From: an uncultured bacterium
GTDB taxonomy: Bacteria > Bacteroidota > Ignavibacteria > Kapaibacteriales > UBA2268
Direction: 5' to 3'
DNA: 64,000 bases
NCBI GenBank assembly: GCA_942492935.1
Contig: OW818654.1
Coordinates: forward strand, 3,052,640-3,116,639
The notes under the pieces were generated by a model. The model did not search any database. It saw nothing but the letters and a program-made list of their open reading frames with translations, and was not told the origin of the DNA. The translations under genes and the position numbers were made by a program. Each line of letters begins with the position of its first letter. Position 1 is the stretch's first letter. Shown one piece after another: positions 18,625-27,801 of the stretch.

Positions 18625-20676
18625 TTAATTTGCATAAGGAATAGTAAATTTGAATTTACTTCCATTGCCTACCTCACTCTCTACCCAAATTCTACCACCA
18701 TGTTTTTCAATAAATTCTTTACATAAAAGCAAACCTAAACCAGTTGATGACTCTCCTTCTGTTCCGGGACGGGAAACTTTTTGGTCAACTTTAAATAATT
18801 TACCAAGTATATCTTCACTCATTCCAATACCTGTATCTTGTATTGTAATGCAAAGTTCACCAACTGTTTTTTCTGCAAAAATAGTAATACTACCTTTTTT
18901 AGGAGTAAATTTAACTGCATTTGAAATCAAATTACGAAATACAGTATTTATCATAGGAATATCAGCAAAAATTTCTAATTCTTCATTTACATTATTAATT
19001 AGCTTGATATCTTTTTGATTCGCAGTTTGTTGAATAATATAAAAATTGCTTTGCACAAGCATATTAAGATTATTTATTTCTGGGTCAAAACTTGTAACCC
19101 CTCTTTTGATTCTCGACCATTCAAGTAGATTTTCGAGTAATTTATACAAACCATCAGCAGACTCTTGCAAACTTCTTGTGAAATCAACTAAGTCCCTCAT
19201 TGTAAAGTCCATGACATCATCTGCCATCATTTTTGTTAAATTTAGAAAACCCGAAAATGGCGATTTTAAATCGTGTGCAATTATCGAGAAGAATTTGTCT
19301 TTTTCAGAATTTGCATTTTCTAATTTTTCTTTAATTTGAGTTAATTCTTCAATTAGTTGATTCTTTTGAAATAGACTATTTTCAATAATTTCTTGAGATT
19401 CTTGTAGCTCTAAAATTAATTGTTCACGTGATTCTTCCATATACTTCTGGTCTGTTACATCATCTTTAATTGCAAGATATTGTGTGATTTCACCTTCACT
19501 ATTAAAAATTGGAGATATTGAAGCTAATTCCCAATAAATTTCACCATTTTTCTTTTTATTTAGAAAATTTCCTCTCCACTCTTTACCTTTACTAATTGTT
19601 TCCCAAATTCCTTTATAGAAATCTCCAGTTTGATGACCCGATTTTAAGACATTTGGATTTTTGCCGATAACTTCATCATAAGTATAACCAGTAAGTTCCG
19701 AGAATTTTTTATTTACATATTGAATATTACCTTTTGTATCTGTAATCACTACCGATGATGTACTTTGCTCAATTGACTGGGATAAAATATGAATTTTTTC
19801 TTCATCTAATTTTCTTTCTGTAATATCTCTATTGCTAACCCTTCTACCATGGTAGCTTCCGTCAGAATCAAAAATAGGTCTGCAAATATGTTGAATGTAT
19901 TTAACTTGTTCATTCTTAGTGATAATTCTAAATTCCAACTCACATGTATTACTACTCTGAATTAGATGATTTTCAGTTACATGGAGCCGAAATTTTGCTT
20001 CGCATTGTGGGTGTAAGATTGCAAATAACAAATCTGGATTTTGATAAAATTCTTGTGGAGAATAACCAGTAATTCTTTCACAAGAAGGTGATATATATTT
20101 AAATTCATTTTCTGGACTTAACCAATACTCCCAATCATACGTATAATCAGCAACAGTTTTAAACCTTTCTTCACTATCTTTTAATTCTCTTTGTAATGTT
20201 TCTAATTCCCAATTTTTCCATTCAAAATCATTGAGCATATTAACTAATTTTTCTTCATTTTCTTTGTCTTGAGAAATGTCAAATACAAACCCAATAAATC
20301 TGGTTATATTACCAGATTCATCACGTATAATATTTGTAAAGTCACGAACCCAAATAAATTTGTTATCAGCTGTTCTCAATCTATATGGTTGGTGGTCAAT
20401 CACAGCTTCTTGTGATTCAGAGCTACTTTTGACTTCATCAACCACTCTTGTAATATCCAAGTCATTAATTAAATTGAAATAATTAATTTCATTAGAATAA
20501 AATGATTCAGGTTTAATTCCAATCAATTTGAATATATTATCAGAAACATACTCAACAGACCAACTCCCATCACTTCTCCAAATAAAAAATGAAATAGGTC
20601 CCGATTTGAATAATTCGAGTTCTAAGAGTTTCTTATCATCTAAATTTAACTTTTTTAAAATACTTACCATAATCAA
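18625..20676 (-). CDS. Cytoplasmic PAS-domain sensor histidine kinase (PAS x3 - HisKA - HATPase_c)
   Basis: H-box FSIIAHDLKSPFSGF. N/G boxes LISNAVKFTPKKG, IQDTGIGMSEDILGKLF, STGLGLLLCKEFIEKHGGRIWVES. Multiple PAS-like segments and no TM helices. No response regulator adjacent. Confidence 0.85.
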   Translation of the reverse strand: MIMVSILKKLNLDDKKLLELELFKSGPISFFIWRSDGSWSVEYVSDNIFKLIGIKPESFYSNEINYFNLINDLDITRVVDEVKSSSESQEAVIDHQPYRLRTADNKFIWVRDFTNIIRDESGNITRFIGFVFDISQDKENEEKLVNMLNDFEWKNWELETLQRELKDSEERFKTVADYTYDWEYWLSPENEFKYISPSCERITGYSPQEFYQNPDLLFAILHPQCEAKFRLHVTENHLIQSSNTCELEFRIITKNEQVKYIQHICRPIFDSDGSYHGRRVSNRDITERKLDEEKIHILSQSIEQSTSSVVITDTKGNIQYVNKKFSELTGYTYDEVIGKNPNVLKSGHQTGDFYKGIWETISKGKEWRGNFLNKKKNGEIYWELASISPIFNSEGEITQYLAIKDDVTDQKYMEESREQLILELQESQEIIENSLFQKNQLIEELTQIKEKLENANSEKDKFFSIIAHDLKSPFSGFLNLTKMMADDVMDFTMRDLVDFTRSLQESADGLYKLLENLLEWSRIKRGVTSFDPEINNLNMLVQSNFYIIQQTANQKDIKLINNVNEELEIFADIPMINTVFRNLISNAVKFTPKKGSITIFAEKTVGELCITIQDTGIGMSEDILGKLFKVDQKVSRPGTEGESSTGLGLLLCKEFIEKHGGRIWVESEVGNGSKFKFTIPYAN

Positions 20677-20805
20677 CTTAAATTTTATTTAATTTATACT
20701 TATTCAAATAACAATTTCAAAAAGTAAATAATCATAAAATTTAAATATACATTAATATTAATATATATGCAAATACAAATCAAAAAAGTTATATTCATAT
20801 TCACT

Positions 20806-21290
20806 TGTTTGTATTATTTACACAAGATGTCCAACACTTTCAAAGTGTTGGACATCTGTAAATACTAAATAACCCAACAAGTGCGGAATGACACCATAAT
20901 AACCGTCATTGTATGTTTGTATTATTAACACAAGATGTCCAACACTTTGAAAGTGTTGGACATCTGCATATATTATATTCCGCATCAAGTATGGAATGCC
21001 ACGAAAAACAAACTGTCATTCTGAACCTGGTTCAGAATCCATATACTATTTATATCATTTTCGAAACAAGATGTCCAACACTTTGAAAGTGTTGGACATC
21101 TGCATATATTATATTCCGCATCAAGTACGGAATGCCACGAAAAACAAACTGTCATTCTGAACTTGGTTCAGAATCCATCTACTATTTATATCATTTTCGA
21201 AACAAGATGTCCAACACTTTGAAAGTGTTGGACATCTGAATATATTATATTCCGCATCAAGTGCGGAATGACAACACTTAAATTAAAGAT
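20806..21290. repeat. Tandem array (4 units, ~136-bp period) of a modular palindromic repeat. Modules: a 33-bp perfect palindrome agatgtccaacacttt-N-aaagtgttggacatct; a hairpin attccgc-loop-gcggaat; a hairpin cattctgaac-NNN-gttcagaatc.
   Basis: The palindrome occurs at 20825-20857, 20929-20961, 21069-21101 and 21205-21237. Flanking text is conserved between units (gcatatattatattccgcatcaagt.cggaatgccacgaaaaacaaactgtcattctgaac.tggttcagaatcca). Confidence 0.85.
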
Positions 21291-22033
21291 TAATAATCAA
21301 ATAATATTTCACCTTCAAAACCAAAATATGGGTTTTTGGGGTCTTTTTGATTAGTACTTGGAATAATAAGTCCAAAATATATACCTAATTCTGTAATTTT
21401 ATAACCTGAAAATGACACTTTAGACGAACCTACAACTAAATCCATTCCATAAGGATTTTCTATTATTGTACTATCTTTTGTCATGATAGTTACTTCAGCA
21501 TTTATCTCAGAGTTAGATGCAAAATCTGAAACATACAGTGGTGAATTAAGTAAATCATATACATTTATATTTATTTTGATTTTGAAGTTTTTTACAGCAT
21601 CAAATCTTAAGAATCCAACATTAAAGTCAATTTCTTTTGCAGAAATATCACAATCAAATTGAAGATAAGTAATTCCCATTGAATAAATAATTTTTGATGT
21701 GATTTTTTCCATAGTAACTGGTTGCCAATTAATAAAATCTCTGTTATTTTTTAGGTCATGAATTTCCCTAAAATCAAAGCCAACAATCTTTCCTTTAGAA
21801 ATTTCTTCTCTTGGAGTATCTACTATTATAACAGTATCTCTAATTGTATCTTTCTTTACTACAATAGTAGTAATAACTATTTTTTTATAATCAACAATTG
21901 TAGTATCAATTGATAATGTATCTCTTTCAAAAGGATTTCTTATTACATTTTCTTCCAATCCTACATTATTATCACAAGATACAACAATTAATAATGTTAA
22001 CAATAATATTATAATATTTATACCTTTATTCAT
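21290..22033 (-). CDS. Hypothetical lipoprotein
   Basis: Signal peptide with a lipobox-like LIVVSC. No identifiable domains. Confidence 0.5.
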   Translation of the reverse strand: MNKGINIIILLLTLLIVVSCDNNVGLEENVIRNPFERDTLSIDTTIVDYKKIVITTIVVKKDTIRDTVIIVDTPREEISKGKIVGFDFREIHDLKNNRDFINWQPVTMEKITSKIIYSMGITYLQFDCDISAKEIDFNVGFLRFDAVKNFKIKININVYDLLNSPLYVSDFASNSEINAEVTIMTKDSTIIENPYGMDLVVGSSKVSFSGYKITELGIYFGLIIPSTNQKDPKNPYFGFEGEILFDY

Positions 22034-22049
22034 ATTAAATTTTCCGTAA

Positions 22050-23330
22050 TTAAAACTTTAATGCTATGCCAATGTTTAATCCAAATTTATCCGAATAGAA
22101 TGAATTTGATTGATAATTATATCCCATATAACTGTATTCACCACCGAACATAAATGTCCAACCGGGATTTGGGGATATTTCAGTACCTACCATTACTCTA
22201 CCAATATTATTTGATTTTTCAGAAATACCGTAGCTTATTTGTGCAAATGGTTGCAAGAAAATATATTTTGCAAATTCAGGAATATACCTCATTGCAAAAT
22301 TAAAAGTTTCAAAATTTGGCTGTTGTTCATAAGTAAATAATCTGTTCTGTTCGTATCCTTTAAATACTTGATAGAAATTTTCACGCCTATATTCAACACC
22401 AAATGAAACCTCACTCAATGGCTTATAATAAACTGCTATTGCAGAATTATTAAATTGCTGTTTTTCAGAAGGAGAAATTCTCTCTTTATTTGAATAGAAA
22501 GCTTCGTTTCCTCTTACTTCAATCCCAATACCCAATTCAGAATTTAAAGCAAAATACTTTGTTAAATCCTCAAAGTTAAATGGTGAGGAAATAGTTGTAG
22601 GATTGATATTATTACTGTCGAATTCATGTGGAGCGATTAATTTAACAGGAACAATTCCAGATTCTGTAACTAAATTATAATTACCTGTTGAAGTTTTTTG
22701 AATTTCACCTTCTTCTACTGTGTTATTAATTCCACTTTCATTTTTATCATTTCTTTCAACTAATATATATTTATAAACCACTCTTGGGGATAATTTTTCA
22801 GCTTTTGCTAGTCCATTCTTATCAGAAATAAAATATTTCAAATAATTATTTTCGGGGTTATCTAATGAATAGCTTTCTACTACAGCAATATTTGAATTTC
22901 CCACATTTTCAGAATTATTACTTGAATTGAATATTCCAAAAATATCTGGTTTAAGGAATAATAATAATATAGCAGCAGTTAGACCAGCAGAAATCAAACT
23001 ACCTGAAACAATTGGAATTATTTTGCTTGAAGATAATCCTAAATTAGCCCAAAAACCTGTTGCAATAGGAGTTAGTGGGGTTGGAGCTGGAGTTGGTATT
23101 GACACAGGTATAGGTGCATCAAATCCAAGAGTAGAAAATATCTTCATAGTAGATTCAGCTTTTGGAGTAAAAGCTTTAATATCAGAATGAATTGCATTTT
23201 TAATTGCAATATGGTTTCTGAATTCCTGTCTAAGTTCATCATTTTGTGCAAGAATAGAAAATAATTCAAATTCTTTTCCTGCCTCAATTGAACCATCGAC
23301 ATACTCGTGTATTAACTTATCGTAATCCAT
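22050..23330 (-). CDS. Putative transmembrane anti-sigma factor partnered with the upstream ECF sigma. Cytoplasmic N-domain, one TM helix, and a beta-rich C-terminal domain.
   Basis: Immediately downstream of the ECF sigma gene (36-nt gap). N-terminus MDYDKLIHEYVDGSIEAGKEFELF. TM segment IVSGSLISAGLTAAILLLFL. The C-terminal ~250 aa are beta-rich and end ...GLNIGIALKF. Confidence 0.55.
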   Translation of the reverse strand: MDYDKLIHEYVDGSIEAGKEFELFSILAQNDELRQEFRNHIAIKNAIHSDIKAFTPKAESTMKIFSTLGFDAPIPVSIPTPAPTPLTPIATGFWANLGLSSSKIIPIVSGSLISAGLTAAILLLFLKPDIFGIFNSSNNSENVGNSNIAVVESYSLDNPENNYLKYFISDKNGLAKAEKLSPRVVYKYILVERNDKNESGINNTVEEGEIQKTSTGNYNLVTESGIVPVKLIAPHEFDSNNINPTTISSPFNFEDLTKYFALNSELGIGIEVRGNEAFYSNKERISPSEKQQFNNSAIAVYYKPLSEVSFGVEYRRENFYQVFKGYEQNRLFTYEQQPNFETFNFAMRYIPEFAKYIFLQPFAQISYGISEKSNNIGRVMVGTEISPNPGWTFMFGGEYSYMGYNYQSNSFYSDKFGLNIGIALKF

Positions 23331-23366
23331 AATATATTCTCATTTTAATTTTTCTCAAATCCCAAA

Positions 23367-23930
23367 TTAAGCTCTTAGCTCTTTTAAATATGGTTGTAAA
23401 ATAGATTTCAGTTTTTGTTTCGCCCTGAAAACTCTTGATTTTGCATTTGATAATGAAATATTGCAAGTTTCAGCGATTTCTTCGTAACTTAATCCACTGT
23501 ATTCTCTTAACACGAATGCTTCTCTAAAATCATCATCTATCAATTCTAAAGAACGTGTTATTAAATCAAGCAATTCCTTTTGTTCGTAATTTTGATTTTC
23601 TTGTAACAGAAAATCCAAATCTTCGATAGGAACAGTTGGTCGTTTATCACGTTTGTAATTAAGACATAAATTTCTGGCAATTTTCACAAGGAAGCCGGGA
23701 ATATTTGAGTTCGGCATTTCATTGCTGACATTTTGATAGAATTTAATAAATGCTTCTTGAAAAATGTCCTCAGCCGCTTCTTCATTACCGATAATTCTAT
23801 AGCAATAAGCGTGAAGCATAGATGAATGTCGATTATAAAGTTCCCCAAAAGCTCCATTTGCTTTTTGTTTGTCCTTCCTTAGTATGTCCACTAATTCTAC
23901 GTCACTGTATTTATTGTATGTGTTACCCAT
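23367..23930 (-). CDS. ECF-type RNA polymerase sigma factor (sigma-70 family, regions 2 and 4)
   Basis: Region 2 EDIFQEAFIKFYQN. Region 4 HTH LSYEEIAETCNISLSNAKSRVFRAKQKLKSIL. Confidence 0.85.
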   Translation of the reverse strand: MGNTYNKYSDVELVDILRKDKQKANGAFGELYNRHSSMLHAYCYRIIGNEEAAEDIFQEAFIKFYQNVSNEMPNSNIPGFLVKIARNLCLNYKRDKRPTVPIEDLDFLLQENQNYEQKELLDLITRSLELIDDDFREAFVLREYSGLSYEEIAETCNISLSNAKSRVFRAKQKLKSILQPYLKELRA

Positions 23931-24207
23931 TCACTAAAACATTTTCGTTAATTTTCACCCTTTCAATTGCAAATTACACAAGAAACCTCAAAAAGTTGCA
24001 AATTATTTTTTATTCTGTATAAAAATTGAATTAAAGTAAATTAATAGCCATATTGAAATAAAAATACGTTACTTCAATTATATTATTAAAATTTCAATAT
24101 TTTTTAGAAATCTTTCAAATATAATAAATCCTTGTAGGTCTTTGCTGGATTTCTTGTAACAATATTCATAATTTAGTTGGGAATGGTCTTTGGTAGGGAT
24201 AGCATTT

Positions 24208-24239
24208 AAGTAGAGACAGGTCGCGACCTGTCCCTACTT
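24208..24239. promoter_or_regulatory. GC-rich 32-bp near-perfect palindrome (aagtagagacaggtcgc|gcgacctgtccctactt) upstream of the ECF sigma operon. Possible operator.
   Basis: Seen directly. 16-bp arms with one mismatch, and a GC-rich core in an AT-rich genome. No U-tract in either orientation, so not a canonical terminator. Confidence 0.35.
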
Positions 24240-24451
24240 AAAAAAATTTAAAAAATTCTAATACCAATGTGATTTTCGATTATACTATATATTTTGGATG
24301 ATTTTCAATTATTAATAAATCTGAATATGCACTTACAGATTTATTGATTAGAAAAAAATCTTTTCTAACTTTGCAGTCAAACATCCGATATTTTATAAAT
24401 ATTTAGATGTAATTTTAATAGAAATATCATCATTTACTAAACAAATGATGA

Positions 24452-25615
24452 TTATTCTTCTTCTATGAACTCTTCAGATTCTGGATTATGAATTATGAGC
24501 GGTTCAGGTTTTGGATATATTCCTGATTGTGCTGAAATATTTAATAATATACCAATTTCTGCAGCATAAAAGAAAACAGCCGTACCACCATAACTAATAA
24601 ATGGCATTGGCACACCAGTTGTTGGTAATACTCCAGTATTCACCCCGGCATTAACAAAAACATAGATAGCGAAAGTAACTAAAATACCAATTGCCAAAAA
24701 ATATCCGAAATTATCTGGTGCTTTTTTTGCAATTAACATACCTCGCCAAAATACAACTGCAAATGCAAGTATAATGAAAAATAGACCCAAAAATCCAAAT
24801 TCTTCACCAATAATTGAAAAAATAAAATCACCATAAGATTCTGGCAAAAACATGTGACTTTGTCTGTTTTGACCTGCACCTACTCCCCATAATCCACCAT
24901 TACCCAAAGCAATTAATGCTTGATTTAATTGATAACTTACTTCAGAGCCGATGCTTTCCTCGCCCATTCCGAGAAAAGATTTTATTCTATTTAGTCTATA
25001 TTCTGCACTAACAGCATAAATTAATCCTGAAACCATACCAAAAGCAAAAGTATAAAAAATGTGTAATAAATTAGTATTACCTATAAACATCATTGCTATT
25101 GCAATAAGAAAGATAACAATCATTGTAGAAAAATTTGGTTGTAATGCTATTAACAAACAAATTAGACCTGTCCAGAATAAAAATGGCAAAAATCCACGTT
25201 CGAAATTTTTTATTACCTGTTGCTTAATTGCAAGTAATGCTGCAAAATGGATTAATAATGCAAACTTAGCCAATTCTGATGGCTGAAAACTTACAATTCC
25301 CAGATTTAACCATCTTGAAGCACCTTTTAATGAAGTTCCAACAAACAGGACTATTATTAAAAAGAACACAGCAAGAATCATTAATTTTTTAGAATGTTTC
25401 ATCCAAAAATGATAATCTATCCTCGAAAATATTATCATTATTACAATACCAGCTAATATTCTTACTGTATGGCTCCAAAATAATTTATCAGAAGAACCAA
25501 AAGTATGCTCTGCCATTGTAGCACTTGCACTATAAACAAATGCTATACTAAACAGCATTAATCCAACAATTGGAAGAAAAATCAACCAATCTATATGACC
25601 GAATTTTTTGTCCAT
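24452..25615 (-). CDS. ftsW: Cell-division SEDS protein FtsW (peptidoglycan glycosyltransferase)
   Basis: SEDS motifs SFQPSELAKFALLIHFAALL and PTTGVPMPFISYGGTAVFF. Lies 5 nt downstream of murD. Confidence 0.8.
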   Translation of the reverse strand: MDKKFGHIDWLIFLPIVGLMLFSIAFVYSASATMAEHTFGSSDKLFWSHTVRILAGIVIMIIFSRIDYHFWMKHSKKLMILAVFFLIIVLFVGTSLKGASRWLNLGIVSFQPSELAKFALLIHFAALLAIKQQVIKNFERGFLPFLFWTGLICLLIALQPNFSTMIVIFLIAIAMMFIGNTNLLHIFYTFAFGMVSGLIYAVSAEYRLNRIKSFLGMGEESIGSEVSYQLNQALIALGNGGLWGVGAGQNRQSHMFLPESYGDFIFSIIGEEFGFLGLFFIILAFAVVFWRGMLIAKKAPDNFGYFLAIGILVTFAIYVFVNAGVNTGVLPTTGVPMPFISYGGTAVFFYAAEIGILLNISAQSGIYPKPEPLIIHNPESEEFIEEE

Positions 25616-25620
25616 AATTG

Positions 25621-26949
25621 TTATATGTTATTAACTATTTCTTTAAAAACTTCACCACGATGTTCGTAATTTAAAAACATATCAAACGATTTACAAGCTG
25701 GAGAAAATAAAACAACCTCACCTGATTCAGCTATCATATATGATTTAATTACTGCGTCTTCCATTGTGTTGACTTTGAAAACACTTATTTTTGAACAAAA
25801 ATGATTGAATATTGCATCTGCTTCTTCTCCAATAGCAATAATTGCTTTCACACCACGATTCACCAACTCATTCAATGCAGTATAATCGTTGCCGTCTCCC
25901 CTACCACCTGCAATCCATATTAACGGTTTCTGGTAACTTGATAGTGCATACCATGTTGCGTTAATATTAGTGGCTTTAGAATCATTGATAAACTCAATGC
26001 CATTTATTGACCTCACAAACTCTAAACGATGTTCTACACCATTAAAAGTCATTAAAGCATCACGAATATTTTCATTGCTAATTTCAAAAGCTCTTGCTGA
26101 TATTGCAGCCGCCATTGAATTATATGCGTTATGAATACCGGGTAGATTTAATTCGGATAATTTCATTAATTCCTCTTCTTCTTTATGCATTTTTATATAA
26201 ATTTTGTCGTTCTTGCAGTAAATTCCCCTATTTACAGCCGACATTGAGATTTTCACAACTTCTGCATTACTTTTGTAATTCCCCTGAGAAATTGTGTCAT
26301 CATCAGAATTTAAAATTAACAAATTTTTTTCATTCTGGTAAGAAGAAATTTTCCACTTTGTAAAAATATATTGTTGATAACTACCGTGATACCCCAAATG
26401 GTCAGGTGTTATATTCAATATAACAGCAACATCTGGTTTGAATGATGTAATTCTATCTAATTGATAACTGCTTACTTCAGCTACAATTACAGTTTTATCA
26501 TCAATGTTATTAACTAATGATGATAACGGTGTGCCAATATTACCAGCAGCAACAGATTTTACACCGCTTTTGTTAAATAAATAATTAGTAAGAGACGTTG
26601 TTGTCGTTTTTCCGTTAGTTCCAGTAATTGCTATTATTGGATTTTTTAGAAATCTACTTGCGTATTCTAATTCACTTATAATTGGAATCCCTTTATTTTC
26701 AGCTTCAAGCATAATAGATGCTGAAGGTGGCACTCCCGGTGAAGTAATAATTAAATCGCAATTTTTTATTGCTTTTTCGGAATTACCACCAAATTCATAT
26801 TCAATATTGTTCTTTTCTAAAATTGAGATATTTTCAAGATAACTTTCAATTTTTTTTGATTCACTTACAAATACTTTATTATTTTGCTGATTAGCTAATA
26901 ATGCAGCAGCCATTCCACTTTTAGCCGCACCTATGACAGTAATATTCAT
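25621..26949 (-). CDS. murD: UDP-N-acetylmuramoyl-L-alanine--D-glutamate ligase MurD
   Basis: N-terminus MNITVIGAAKSGMAAA. P-loop GTNGKTTTTSL. Mur ligase middle and C-terminal domains. Confidence 0.9.
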   Translation of the reverse strand: MNITVIGAAKSGMAAALLANQQNNKVFVSESKKIESYLENISILEKNNIEYEFGGNSEKAIKNCDLIITSPGVPPSASIMLEAENKGIPIISELEYASRFLKNPIIAITGTNGKTTTTSLTNYLFNKSGVKSVAAGNIGTPLSSLVNNIDDKTVIVAEVSSYQLDRITSFKPDVAVILNITPDHLGYHGSYQQYIFTKWKISSYQNEKNLLILNSDDDTISQGNYKSNAEVVKISMSAVNRGIYCKNDKIYIKMHKEEEELMKLSELNLPGIHNAYNSMAAAISARAFEISNENIRDALMTFNGVEHRLEFVRSINGIEFINDSKATNINATWYALSSYQKPLIWIAGGRGDGNDYTALNELVNRGVKAIIAIGEEADAIFNHFCSKISVFKVNTMEDAVIKSYMIAESGEVVLFSPACKSFDMFLNYEHRGEVFKEIVNNI

Positions 26950-27110
26950 TTATATACCTGATAAAAAATTAATTTCAAGAAGTTTTTTAATCACTAACAT
27001 TTAAAAATAACAAAATTAATAAATTATAATTAGATTTTGTTTGTGTGAATAATAATTTTTTTTTAATTTAAATGTTTTTGTAATTGTTAAATTTCAATTG
27101 TTTATAAAAA

Positions 27111-27680
27111 ATGGCAATAATTCCAATATATAATTGTTTTCACCCAGTTTTAAGAAAGAAAACTAATGAAATCACTGAATTTGACCAATCTTTATCAGAT
27201 TTGGTTAAAAATATGTATGATACTATGTATAATGTAGGTAACGGTGTAGGTTTAGCTGGTAATCAAGTCGGGGAGCAAAAATCTGTAATAATTATTGATA
27301 CAAGTGTTGGCAGTGATAACCCAAAAACTAAGCCACTTACTCTTATCAATCCTGTAATTGAATCATTTTCAGATGAATTAGATGAAGATTTTGAAGGATG
27401 CCTTTCTATTCCCGATATTTCGGAAAAAGTAATCAGACCTAAGGCATTACAACTGAAGTACTTTGATTTGAATATGAAAGAACACATTAAAGAATTTGAC
27501 GGATTTATTGCTCGAGTTATCCAGCATGAGGTTGACCATTTAGATGGATATTTAATTTTTGATAAAATCTCTGCTTTAAGAAGAACTTTAATAAAAAGTA
27601 AGCTAAGAAGATTGCAAAAAGGTGAAATTATACCAGATTATCCAATGATACAACCAAATGGATTACTTACAACTGGCTGA
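27111..27680 (+). CDS. def: Peptide deformylase
   Basis: Motifs GVGLAGNQVG, EGCLSIPD, QHEVDHLDG. Confidence 0.9.
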   Translation: MAIIPIYNCFHPVLRKKTNEITEFDQSLSDLVKNMYDTMYNVGNGVGLAGNQVGEQKSVIIIDTSVGSDNPKTKPLTLINPVIESFSDELDEDFEGCLSIPDISEKVIRPKALQLKYFDLNMKEHIKEFDGFIARVIQHEVDHLDGYLIFDKISALRRTLIKSKLRRLQKGEIIPDYPMIQPNGLLTTG

Positions 27681-27801
27681 GATTGATAATTAACAGACAA
27701 GAAATTGAATTGTTGACTTAATAATTTTGTTTTGAGTTATCAAATTGTTAATTTTGAATTAATGAAATTAAAAAATATAATAATTAATTTGAGATATTAA
27801 T

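Noticed and set aside
18650-20482. Plus-strand ORFs 18650..19018, 19046..19339 and 20276..20482
   Set aside because: Antisense to the well-supported histidine kinase gene.
20806-21290. Possible CRISPR array
   Set aside because: The 33-bp repeats are themselves perfect palindromes. The ~100-bp 'spacers' are conserved between units, including further hairpin modules. No cas genes nearby. It is a REP/BIME-like mosaic repeat, not CRISPR.
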